A DNA stretch of 21,795 nt from Candidatus Bathyarchaeia archaeon (GCA_049969855.1 JBMFOB010000021.1:1-21795), one strand, 5' to 3'. Shown: positions 1 through 8,780, counted from the stretch's first letter. Notes: generated by a model from the letters alone, not told the origin. Numbers and translations are program-made.

Positions 1-186
1 ATATTCCGACAAATTCACGCAGAAATCTTTCGGGGAGACATACCAGAAGAATGGAAAATAAAATTGGCTGACATTGTCGGCGAAATAGATTATAGGCTTG
101 TTGAAGGCGCTGACGAAGAGGTTCAATTGAGTGCCTTATTGGCGAGGCTTGTTGAGGCTGGACATGAATTAAAAAGGGCAAGTTAG
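1..186 (+). CDS. rfcS: Replication factor C small subunit, C-terminal fragment (5' end outside window)
   Basis: Manual frame-1 translation IFRQIHAEIF...KLADIVGEIDYRLVEGADEEVQLSALLARL...RAS* (TAG 184-186) matches the RFC-S C-terminal helical domain; ends 6 nt before rfcL. Confidence 0.92.
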   Translation: MFRQIHAEIFRGDIPEEWKIKLADIVGEIDYRLVEGADEEVQLSALLARLVEAGHELKRAS

Positions 187-192
187 GTGTAA

Positions 193-1431
193 ATGGGCTT
201 GTATGCTGCTTGGACTTTAAAGCATAAACCAAAATCCCTAACAGAAGTCGTGGGAAACAAAGAAGCAATCCAAAAATTCACTGATTGGATTAAATCTTGG
301 GAAAAGGGCGTTCCAAAGAAGAAAGCGGTCTTTCTTTATGGTCCACCCGGCATTGGAAAAACGGTTTCTGTTGAGGCTTTGGCTAACGATTTAGGGATGG
401 AGCTTGTGGAAAAGAATGCAAGTGATTATAGAACAGAGGAGGCGGTGAAGCATTTTGCTGGTTTGGCTTCGCAGTATAGTTCGTTGTTTGGTGGTCGGCG
501 AATTGTTTTGCTTGATGAGTTGGATGGGTTGACGGGAACAGCCGACAAGGGTGGAGTTAAAGCAATAGCTGATGTTGTGAAGTCTGCTCAATGTCCAATA
601 GTTTTGATTGCAAACAACGCCTATGACCCTCGTTTTTCAGACCTTCGCAACCACTGTCTCCTAATAGAGTTTAAGAAACCGCCAGCAGGCGAGGTTATGA
701 AACATCTTAAGCACATATGTGAAAGAGAGGGGATTCAAGCTGAAGAAAGTGCGCTTAAGTTTATTGCCCAACGTTCAGAGGGTGATGTTCGCTCGGCGGT
801 GAATGACCTTCAAGCTTTGGCTCAAGGCAAGAAAAAGTTAACGTATGAGGATGTTTCTTGGCTTGGCTACCGTGATAGGCAAGACACTATTTTTAATGTT
901 TTGAGAATGATAATTTATGGAAGAACATGCATGGGTGCAAAACAAGCTGTGGATATGGCTGATGTTGACATTGACATGCTTTTTGAGTGGATATACGAAA
1001 ACGTTCCAGCCCACCTCACAGACCCGCATGATTTGGCAAGGGCTATGGATGCCCTTTCAATGGCAGATGTCTATCGGGGCAGAATTCGCTCAACCCAAGA
1101 CTGGAGTTTCATACGATATGTTATTGATTATATGACGGCTGGCGTTGCCATGGCTAGACAGAACACTAAACCTGGCGGATGGATACCGTTCAAGTTTCCT
1201 GTTCGTATTCAAATGTTGTCAGGGTCTAAGGCTGAACGTGCTATGCAACTGAAAATAGGATATAAGATTAAGCATAAATGTCACATTTCAGCAAACAGAG
1301 CCTCAAAAGAAATACTCCCCTATCTGAGAATTATTTTCAGAAATAATGCTGATATGGCTGCTGGGCTCTCTAAATGGTTGGACTTAGACCAAGAAATGAT
1401 TGAATATTTATCTGAAGACAAAGGGCATTAA
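193..1431 (+). CDS. rfcL: Replication factor C large subunit
   Basis: WTLKHKPKSL RFC box, Walker A GPPGIGKT, EKNASDYR, Walker B LLDELD, GDVRSAVNDLQ; follows rfcS. Confidence 0.95.
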   Translation: MGLYAAWTLKHKPKSLTEVVGNKEAIQKFTDWIKSWEKGVPKKKAVFLYGPPGIGKTVSVEALANDLGMELVEKNASDYRTEEAVKHFAGLASQYSSLFGGRRIVLLDELDGLTGTADKGGVKAIADVVKSAQCPIVLIANNAYDPRFSDLRNHCLLIEFKKPPAGEVMKHLKHICEREGIQAEESALKFIAQRSEGDVRSAVNDLQALAQGKKKLTYEDVSWLGYRDRQDTIFNVLRMIIYGRTCMGAKQAVDMADVDIDMLFEWIYENVPAHLTDPHDLARAMDALSMADVYRGRIRSTQDWSFIRYVIDYMTAGVAMARQNTKPGGWIPFKFPVRIQMLSGSKAERAMQLKIGYKIKHKCHISANRASKEILPYLRIIFRNNADMAAGLSKWLDLDQEMIEYLSEDKGH

Positions 1432-1442
1432 AGTCTTCTACA

Positions 1443-1790
1443 TTAATGCACTTTACTTCCTATTTCAATATCCTTTTCTGGTTGTAAAACTACAACGTTT
1501 CCTTTTTCATCCTCTGCAGCCAAAATCATGCATTGGGACTCCACACCCATAAATTTTCTTCTCTGCAAGTTTAGTATGAAAACGCATTTTTTGCCGACAA
1601 GGTGTTCTGGTTTATACCATTGTAAGAGGCCAGCCACTGCTTGTCTTTTCTCTGTTCCAAAATCAACAATCATTTTTATGAGGTTTCTTGAGCCGGGAAT
1701 TTGGTTTGCTTCCAAAATTTTTCCAACTTTCATATCTAGTTTTTGAAATTCTTCAAATGATATCTCCATTTTTGCATGCACCTTTTCCAA
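1443..1790 (-). CDS. Stand-alone tRNA-binding OB-fold protein (Trbp111/CsaA/MetRS C-terminal-like); likely start ATG 1769
   Basis: ISFEEFQKLDMKVGKI, VDFG..RQAVAGL, NL..RKFMGVESQCMILAA; AAGGTG SD-like element before ATG 1769. Confidence 0.9.
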   Translation of the reverse strand: MEKVHAKMEISFEEFQKLDMKVGKILEANQIPGSRNLIKMIVDFGTEKRQAVAGLLQWYKPEHLVGKKCVFILNLQRRKFMGVESQCMILAAEDEKGNVVVLQPEKDIEIGSKVH

Positions 1791-1810
1791 TTTTTCAAAA
1801 GCGAATATTA

Positions 1811-2518
1811 TTAAGCTTTGCGTGTTTTTCTTTTCTGTTTTATCTTTTTAACTGTTTTTGTAACGCCTTCCCAACCTTCAACAGTCTTAGAATGAACTAT
1901 TTCAAAGGCTTCTTTCGAGGTTAATCCAAGCAGTTCTTCGCCAACAGCTTTTCTTGTGAGGTATGTGGCTGCGCTTAAAACTTCACCGTTCAACCGTGAA
2001 TCCATCAAATCTGCTAAATGGCAAATTAAGGCTTCGATTGTGTGGGGGCTTATTGGACCGTAATTTCCATGATGGGCTGAAACAACGTGAACCAGCTCTA
2101 ATGGAAAGCCTCTTCTAACAAGCTCCGAAATTGCAAGGGATAAATGATCCAAATACTCGGCTAAATTTGTTGAGTCATAACTCCCATTCTCGTTCACCAT
2201 ATAAGTTACAGGCTTAAAGATGTCATGCAGCAAAACACCAGCCATTACTAGGTCACGGTTCACTTTTCCTTGGTAAACCTTCTCCACGGAATCGCATAAT
2301 GCTTCAGCGAGGTTAGCCGTTGAAATAATATGTTCGATGTAGCCGCCTTGATAACAGTGGTGATGGGATAAGCCTGCTGGCGAAATGTCGAGAGGCAGAC
2401 CTGAATATTTTTTCCCATTTATTTCAAATGTGAGGTTTTCAAGCAATTCAACAACTTTTTTCCGAAGATTTTTGTCTTGAATCTTTTTGGTTAGTGCCTT
2501 AAGTTTTGGGTTAAGCAA
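1811..2518 (-). CDS. HD-domain phosphohydrolase, YhaM/Cbf1-like, lacking the N-terminal OB fold
   Basis: SPAGLSHHHCYQGGYIEH, LLHDIFK, SAHHG and TIEALICHLADLMDS match YhaM-type HD motifs. Confidence 0.82.
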   Translation of the reverse strand: MLNPKLKALTKKIQDKNLRKKVVELLENLTFEINGKKYSGLPLDISPAGLSHHHCYQGGYIEHIISTANLAEALCDSVEKVYQGKVNRDLVMAGVLLHDIFKPVTYMVNENGSYDSTNLAEYLDHLSLAISELVRRGFPLELVHVVSAHHGNYGPISPHTIEALICHLADLMDSRLNGEVLSAATYLTRKAVGEELLGLTSKEAFEIVHSKTVEGWEGVTKTVKKIKQKRKTRKA

Positions 2519-2530
2519 TTTGGTTTCCTC

Positions 2531-3238
2531 TCACTTTATAGTTGTTGCAGTGTTATTGATTTTTCGTTTAACTAAATTTGCTGTTTCATGAGCTTTTAAA
2601 ATTGGTTCTGGAATGCGGCTGGAGCGTGCACAGTGTTTAACTATTTTTATGGCTGTTTCTAACGAAATCATGTGTCCAACGCTAACGTAAACTGGTTTGC
2701 ATCCATCCTTCGTTGCCACAACTGCCCCAATAATTCTATTATTATGATGCTTCAGAAAAGCAAACTCCTCTTCCGCCTTTACCTTTTCAACTTCTCCGAA
2801 TAACCTATCCTTTGCAACACCTATCGTAGGTTTGCCTATTGCTAATCCTAAATGACTTGCAAATCCACAACCATAAGGATGCGCAAAACCATGTCCGTCA
2901 ACAAGAAAAACATCTGGCGTTGTCTGCAGCTTTCTGATGCATAAAATTGATGGTGGAACTTCTCTGAAGGAAAGGAGTGTTGGAATGTATGGGAAGCAAG
3001 TTTTGCATATGGCTGTTTGGGATTCAATTAAATTGAGGGAATTATAATCTAAAACTGCAGCGGCGCCCACAGAAAAGTCCTTCCCATAAGCAACGTCTAC
3101 TCCCGCCACAAGCCGAACTTTTTTGGGTAATTTATCCTCAAAGACAATTTTCTCAGATAATCGCAACTGTGCTTTATGAGCCTTTTCAACAGAAAATTTC
3201 GATTCCGTTCCTGTTTTGTTCATGCATTCTCTTCTCAA
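2531..3238 (-). CDS. nfi: Endonuclease V (start TTG 3238 or ATG 3223)
   Basis: AGVDVAY, PYIP wedge followed by LSFRE, VDGHG..HP, GVAK, PVYVSVGH, RIPEP...AH. Confidence 0.95.
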   Translation of the reverse strand: MRRECMNKTGTESKFSVEKAHKAQLRLSEKIVFEDKLPKKVRLVAGVDVAYGKDFSVGAAAVLDYNSLNLIESQTAICKTCFPYIPTLLSFREVPPSILCIRKLQTTPDVFLVDGHGFAHPYGCGFASHLGLAIGKPTIGVAKDRLFGEVEKVKAEEEFAFLKHHNNRIIGAVVATKDGCKPVYVSVGHMISLETAIKIVKHCARSSRIPEPILKAHETANLVKRKINNTATTIK

Positions 3239-3867
3239 GTTCTTGTAAGCGTTTCAAGTCTTTTCAGTTGTTTCTCTAATTCGCTTCTTCGCACCTCTTG
3301 TGTTATATCTCCTCGTGTTGACTCGATAATTTTTCTGGCAATATCGCATTTTCTTCTAAGCCCTGGAACTAACATGTAAGCCTCGTCCATAGCCATAAGC
3401 TCCACGTAAATCTCATCCATGGTTCGCAAGCATTTTTCACTCTTTTTTATGTCTCCCTCGCGTAAAGCATCCAATACGAATCGCCTATATTCCCCTATAA
3501 CATCCGCCAAGCCTAATACATAATCAACTGATGGTACGTTAATCTCCTTTGGTGTTGCAAATCTGTTTTCCTCAATTAGTTTTAGAAATATGCATGCTTC
3601 AGAATATTCTTGAAGGGCGGCGCTGAATAAGCCGCTATAAATAATGTCTGGATGTGTTGATGAGGCTTCGTTAAGTTTTGAAATGATTTCTTTTGCTTCT
3701 TCTATGAGTTTTTTTGCTTCCCTTAACCTTTTTTGATGAATCAAGAGTATGGCTTGTTTTGAAAGACTTGTGGCTTTCCGCATGTTTTTTTGTAGGTTTT
3801 CTCGCGCTTTTTCCTTCTCTCTTAATTCTTTTCCTATTTCCTTCAGAATACTTCTTAAAGATGGCAT
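3235..3867 (-). CDS. Translin/TRAX-family (archaeal C3PO-like) endoribonuclease
   Basis: Helical protein with QEYSEA, YVLGLADVIGEYRR and LRRKCD motifs; acidic catalytic residues retained. Confidence 0.9.
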   Translation of the reverse strand: MPSLRSILKEIGKELREKEKARENLQKNMRKATSLSKQAILLIHQKRLREAKKLIEEAKEIISKLNEASSTHPDIIYSGLFSAALQEYSEACIFLKLIEENRFATPKEINVPSVDYVLGLADVIGEYRRFVLDALREGDIKKSEKCLRTMDEIYVELMAMDEAYMLVPGLRRKCDIARKIIESTRGDITQEVRRSELEKQLKRLETLTRT

Positions 3868-3985
3868 AAGACTTGCACCCTTACCATTTTAAAATATAGT
3901 TGAAGTACTTTATTATATTGTTAAGTTTTAACCATTAAAAATGTAGAAAATGGAGCGCAGCGGTTTACTTTTGAAATCTTTGTTG

Positions 3986-4177
3986 CTATGTTTGTGTGGG
4001 TTCTTTCCATTTCTCCACTAGAAGTTTGTTGTCTCCCAGTTTGAAGCTTATTTTTACGAATATGGAATCTGCGCCTTTAAATGGAAACATGCTGTCTTCA
4101 GCTAGGTCTTTTGGCAAGTAAATTAGGAATTTGCCGTCTTTTCTTCTGAATAGGCGTCCTCTTCCCTCGCTAACCAT
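3986..4177 (-). CDS. Small hypothetical protein, possibly AbrB/SpoVT-like swapped-hairpin DNA-binding fold
   Basis: 63 aa from ATG 4177 with GAGGTG SD upstream; GRLFRRKDGKFLIYLPKDLAE resembles AbrB 'GxxxIxLPK' followed by beta strands. Confidence 0.6.
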   Translation of the reverse strand: MVSEGRGRLFRRKDGKFLIYLPKDLAEDSMFPFKGADSIFVKISFKLGDNKLLVEKWKEPTQT

Positions 4178-4322
4178 TTGTTGGCACCTCAATTAAACTT
4201 TTGGTTCATTTTTGAAGACTAGAGGAAAACGTTAGCAAACATTTAAGCTTTATTCTCGTTTAATTCTGTAAAAACTGCTGAATCTCATCTTAAAATAAAA
4301 TAATTGAATCATTTGCAAACTT

Positions 4323-5303
4323 TCAGCTGTTGCCAAACTTTATTGGCTTTTCAAGTTCACTCAGCAATACAACACGGCTATCCACGGATTCGTCAATAAT
4401 ATTATAACCAGTCTCCCTTGCCAATTTCTCTGCAAACTCTCGAATTTCTCGATGATTCGGCATATGCTCATAACCCAAGCGAAGTCTTGAAAATCCAACA
4501 TACATGTAAGCCTTAGGCTCAACATAAGTAGGCGCTGCCTTTTCAACAAGTTTGGCATATCCCTCTATATTTGCCATATTCAAACCGCGCACAAGAGTTA
4601 TTCGCATCACTGTTGGACATTTAAAACTTGGCAATAATGCCAAAGTTTCGTTCAGTTTTTCCCATGCTTTTGGGATTTGGGGGCGACAAACATGCTTAAA
4701 TGTTTCTTCGTTTGGAGCGCAAACAGAGATGTAAAGTTGTGTTGGTTCTTGGCTTAAATTTTTTAGGCGTGCGGGTACAGTTCCGTTGGAAACCAAAAAT
4801 GTTGTAAATCCTCTTCTGTGAAATGTTTGGATTAACTCTCCTATAGGCTCATAAAGTGTTGGTTCACCCGTCAAGCTTATGGCTGCATGCTTGGGGGTTA
4901 GGGCTTCTTTAAATTTTTGCATGTTTGTTTTGGGATTACCCCTATACCCGCTTAAGATTTTAATTTGGGCTTCTATGCTTCCATCGACAATTTCTTCTGG
5001 CGAATCCCATTTTGGAAGTTTCATCTCATCCCATTTTACTTGGAGGTCTCCACTTTGGGCTCTCCAACAGAAAAGACATTGTTGCGTACAATAAAAAAGC
5101 GCTGGGGTCATTTGTATGCATTGATGCGTTTTTATTCCGTAAAATTTCTGTTTATAACATGGTCTATCGTGGATTAAGGTTTCATAAAGCCACCTGCACC
5201 TCTTAACCGCTGAATGTTTACCAACCATGTGATATTTCTGTTTCTTTAATGCCTCTACAAGCGAATGTGGAACAAGAGCTTCCAAACGGTTCACTTTCTC
5301 CAA
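4323..5303 (-). CDS. taw1: tRNA 4-demethylwyosine synthase (radical SAM, Tyw1/Taw1)
   Basis: HSAVKRCRW, CYKQKFYGIKTHQCIQMTP, CTQQCLFCWR, SLTGEPTLY, FLVSNG, EPKAYMYVGFSR. Confidence 0.96.
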   Translation of the reverse strand: MEKVNRLEALVPHSLVEALKKQKYHMVGKHSAVKRCRWLYETLIHDRPCYKQKFYGIKTHQCIQMTPALFYCTQQCLFCWRAQSGDLQVKWDEMKLPKWDSPEEIVDGSIEAQIKILSGYRGNPKTNMQKFKEALTPKHAAISLTGEPTLYEPIGELIQTFHRRGFTTFLVSNGTVPARLKNLSQEPTQLYISVCAPNEETFKHVCRPQIPKAWEKLNETLALLPSFKCPTVMRITLVRGLNMANIEGYAKLVEKAAPTYVEPKAYMYVGFSRLRLGYEHMPNHREIREFAEKLARETGYNIIDESVDSRVVLLSELEKPIKFGNS

Positions 5304-5333
5304 AAATAAAATTAGCTGGCTTAATAAAAGCGC

Positions 5334-6515
5334 TTATGTTTCGAAACAGTATTGGATTTTTTGGAACTCACCGCAGAATTCTGCAACATCCTTCTTAACA
5401 TCTTCTGGTCTTTCTTTATCACTGGCAGCTCTTTGAATTAATTCGGCTATTTTAATCATCTCATTCTCCTTCATTCCACGCCTTGTAACCTCACATGTGC
5501 CGATTCTGACAGCGCAATCAACAATGATATTTGCCCTTTGAAGCTTTTCTGCAAAAACCCTGCCATGCTCATAACCTCCAAAATCCAATATTATTTGATG
5601 CGATTTGGTGAATCCTAAATGTTTGCAAATGACTGGAAAACCATAATCATGCAAGGCTTTAGCCAAAGTTTGGGCGTTGCGGATAACTTGAGTGGCGTAG
5701 GCTTCGCCAAATTCTTTCATTTCAGCCAAGGCTAAGGTTAGTGCTGCTATGCGGTTCCAATGCGCATTATCAACAAGAGCTGGATAAATTTTATTTTTAA
5801 TTCTTCCTCCATGATTTTTGTCAGCCAAAATTATGCCCCCTTGAGGGCCGAAAAAGGTTTTGTGGGTTGAACCGAACAAAGCGCTGGCGCCTTCCCTCAA
5901 TGGATCTTGAAACTGCTTACCAGCAATAAGTCCCATGACATGAGAACCGTCAAATCCAACAACCGCATTATTTTCGCTGGCAATTTCAGCCAATTCTTTG
6001 ACTGGATACGGGAATATTATTAAACTTGCACCAAAAATAACTATTTTTGGCTTTAAGCGTTTCATTGTTTCCTTTGCTTCTGTCACCTTTATGTTCATGT
6101 CATGCTTTGAAAATGGAAACGGTATAACTTTAAGGTTGAAAAGTCCAGCTAAGCCATTGCTCCACATTCCCGGATATCCACCATCCTCCGGAGAAACACA
6201 CATAAGCGTATCGTTTGATTTTGCAAAACTTGCTAAGAAAATCATGTCAGCTATATGCCCCGAAAGAGGACGCAAATCAGCAACCTCAGCCCTAAAAACG
6301 TCCTTTGCAATTTCTTCGCCATACTGTTCAATTTCGTCTGTGAAGCGTGTCCCCATGTAAAAATGGTGTCTTGCCGTGTAGCGGTTTCCAAGCTCTGATG
6401 AAAGAAGGCTTCTTACAGCTGGACTCATAACATTTTCCGATGGTATAAGGTTTAAACATTGTTTCCCCCGCCACTCCTCATGCTTCTCAACTAAACTCAA
6501 AATTTCACTGAGCAT
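5334..6515 (-). CDS. Serine hydroxymethyltransferase-like PLP enzyme with divergent active site (ORF track start TTG 6530)
   Basis: NLIPSEN, FDGSHVMGLIAG, STHKTFFGPQGG (PLP Lys) and VRIGT give the SHMT fold, but the YAEG, GGH and folate-loop motifs are altered. Confidence 0.85.
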   Translation of the reverse strand: MLSEILSLVEKHEEWRGKQCLNLIPSENVMSPAVRSLLSSELGNRYTARHHFYMGTRFTDEIEQYGEEIAKDVFRAEVADLRPLSGHIADMIFLASFAKSNDTLMCVSPEDGGYPGMWSNGLAGLFNLKVIPFPFSKHDMNIKVTEAKETMKRLKPKIVIFGASLIIFPYPVKELAEIASENNAVVGFDGSHVMGLIAGKQFQDPLREGASALFGSTHKTFFGPQGGIILADKNHGGRIKNKIYPALVDNAHWNRIAALTLALAEMKEFGEAYATQVIRNAQTLAKALHDYGFPVICKHLGFTKSHQIILDFGGYEHGRVFAEKLQRANIIVDCAVRIGTCEVTRRGMKENEMIKIAELIQRAASDKERPEDVKKDVAEFCGEFQKIQYCFET

Positions 6516-6675
6516 GCCAAGTCCTCGCAATTTTACGCAATAATATCATTCTCAAACATTTAACTCATTCTCATCATTTGAAAGTTTGCTTACATTGAAA
6601 AATAAAAGGTAAAGTTTAAAATGTTCTGAGTATTAGAAGTGTTCACAAATCTGAATAGTTACGAGGGAAAAACAT

Positions 6676-8763
6676 TTGATGAACCTTTCGTTTAAAAAAG
6701 TTAAATCTTTAATTTTGCTTTTAATCCTAGCATCGGCAATCACAACTATCTCGTTTCTGCCGAGAGTGAAAGCTGAAGTGAAAATCATTTCAATATATCC
6801 TACTTACGGGCATGTTTATACGAACGTTACGTTGACAGCTAACATAACAACTCCTGACGGGCAATATGAAATTTTGTTTGATGGAGAATTATTACGGAGC
6901 GACAACGCCACTGGAAATAGCGTCAACGCGTCAATTACTATTCCCCTAGCACCTGCTGGTAATCATAGTTTAACGATAGTTGATGTAACTTCTGGAGAAA
7001 ATGACACGGCAACATTTGAGATTTTAACAGCATATTTTCTGGAGGTAAGCGCTCTTGAGTTGCCGATGCAACAGCGACAAGAAGGCGACTTCGCAGAGAT
7101 TCTTGTAAATATAACTGGTGGAGAATCAAATGAACCATATGTTGCAAATGTTACAGTTCAAGCTCCAAATAACGCGTCCTACACAAAAATGCTTGGCATT
7201 CCTACATCAGAGCTTGGAAACGGCAACGCAACTATAAAATATCCAGATGATTTTCTAGAAAGTTCTCCGAATGCTAACACGAACTTTACGGGAGAGTACA
7301 AAGTTTTCTTTAACGGGACACTTGCAACTACAAGCTTCACAGTAGGATTAACAAATTCCACCGAATATCACAGATTCCAAACAGTGGACATCAAAGCTGC
7401 TGGTTACGCTTCTGGAGAAAATGTAAGCATAACAATAACGGGAAAAGACCTGTATTATTCTGAAAATCTGACAGTTGATGATACTGGAATTATTTATTAT
7501 ACGAATTGGACTGTTCCAGCGAATGCTTCCATTGGCACATACACCGTTAACATCACTTCTGTATCTAATCAAACGATAAAAAATCCGCCCGACTTTCAAG
7601 AGTTCCTAGTTCCGGGTTTCGATGTTAATGTTACTGCAAAGAACCTTGCGGGGGAACTTGTGCCAGTAGCGTCCATTCAAATTTTCGAGAATGGAACTTC
7701 AGTTGCTAATGCAACAAGTGATTCGCCAAGCGTAACGCTTGAAATTGGAAATTACACTGTCGAAGCTTATTTCAAAGAGAAAAAGGTTGGTGAAAGTTGG
7801 ATAAACGTTACTGGAGCTGCATCCTTCGATATTCCATGCAACCTCACAAACCTGATGGTTAGGGTTTTGACGGTTGTGAATGAAACTGAACTCTGCGTTC
7901 CAGAAGTTGGATTAAGCCTATCGCCGGAAAATTTGACTTTAACCCCAAACTTAACGACAAACGTTACTGGAGTTGCTGTTTTTCATCACTTGCTGCCTTA
8001 CGAAAACTACACTTTAAATGCTTCAAGGTATGACATGCAGTTTAACACAACAGCGCTTTATGGACTGCTTAAAAATGGAAATCCAGTTGCATGGTTTAAC
8101 CTAACCATTATATGCCCAACCTGCACGTTGCAAGTTAACGTAACCAACCCAAACGCGAACGATCAACCAATCAGCGGCGCTTTAGTGACGATTCAAGATG
8201 TTATGGGTGGGCTATATTTTGAAAACACCACAACGATGGATGGAATTACGATTTTTAACAGTATTCTCGGCAAGTATATTGTAGCAGTTTATGTTAACGG
8301 AATAAAGCTTAACGAAACCTTTGCAAATTTAAACGAAACTTTCATTAACGTACCTATCAGCTGCAAATTTTACGGCTTAAACATTGCAATTCAAGTTGTT
8401 GACTATTTTGGACAGCCAATTCCAAACGCAAATGTAACATTATCGCTTGAAAACTTACAACAATGGAGTTTAACAAAGTCTGATGGCACTGCCGAGTTTC
8501 TAGACGCTATTGGCGGAAACTTACAAGTAATGGTTTACTTGCCTGGGCAATCACAGCCATACATGACATCACCATTATATGTCGACAGTTCAAAAACAAT
8601 CCAGATTAAAATTGAAAGATACACGATGCTGGCGGGCTTTCTTGTGGAGACAAGCCAATTAGCGACTTCAATAATAATAGCGGTTAGTGTAATTCTGGTT
8701 CTTTGCTTGGAGATTTACAGAAGAAAACGTCTCAAGCCAAAAACAAGCCAAAGTGAGAGTTGA
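6676..8763 (+). CDS. Exported, membrane-anchored beta-sandwich surface glycoprotein (carboxypeptidase-regulatory-like repeats)
   Basis: N-terminal KK plus hydrophobic signal; repeated modules such as DQPISGALVTI and VDYFGQPIPNANVTL; more than 30 N-x-S/T sequons by eye; C-terminal TM helix followed by RRKRLK. Confidence 0.8.
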   Translation: MMNLSFKKVKSLILLLILASAITTISFLPRVKAEVKIISIYPTYGHVYTNVTLTANITTPDGQYEILFDGELLRSDNATGNSVNASITIPLAPAGNHSLTIVDVTSGENDTATFEILTAYFLEVSALELPMQQRQEGDFAEILVNITGGESNEPYVANVTVQAPNNASYTKMLGIPTSELGNGNATIKYPDDFLESSPNANTNFTGEYKVFFNGTLATTSFTVGLTNSTEYHRFQTVDIKAAGYASGENVSITITGKDLYYSENLTVDDTGIIYYTNWTVPANASIGTYTVNITSVSNQTIKNPPDFQEFLVPGFDVNVTAKNLAGELVPVASIQIFENGTSVANATSDSPSVTLEIGNYTVEAYFKEKKVGESWINVTGAASFDIPCNLTNLMVRVLTVVNETELCVPEVGLSLSPENLTLTPNLTTNVTGVAVFHHLLPYENYTLNASRYDMQFNTTALYGLLKNGNPVAWFNLTIICPTCTLQVNVTNPNANDQPISGALVTIQDVMGGLYFENTTTMDGITIFNSILGKYIVAVYVNGIKLNETFANLNETFINVPISCKFYGLNIAIQVVDYFGQPIPNANVTLSLENLQQWSLTKSDGTAEFLDAIGGNLQVMVYLPGQSQPYMTSPLYVDSSKTIQIKIERYTMLAGFLVETSQLATSIIIAVSVILVLCLEIYRRKRLKPKTSQSES

Positions 8764-8780
8764 AATAAAGAGTTTGTAGG

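Noticed and set aside
3920-3932. GTTAA-gtt-TTAAC palindrome upstream of translin
   Set aside because: 5-bp arms in AT-rich DNA are not significant.
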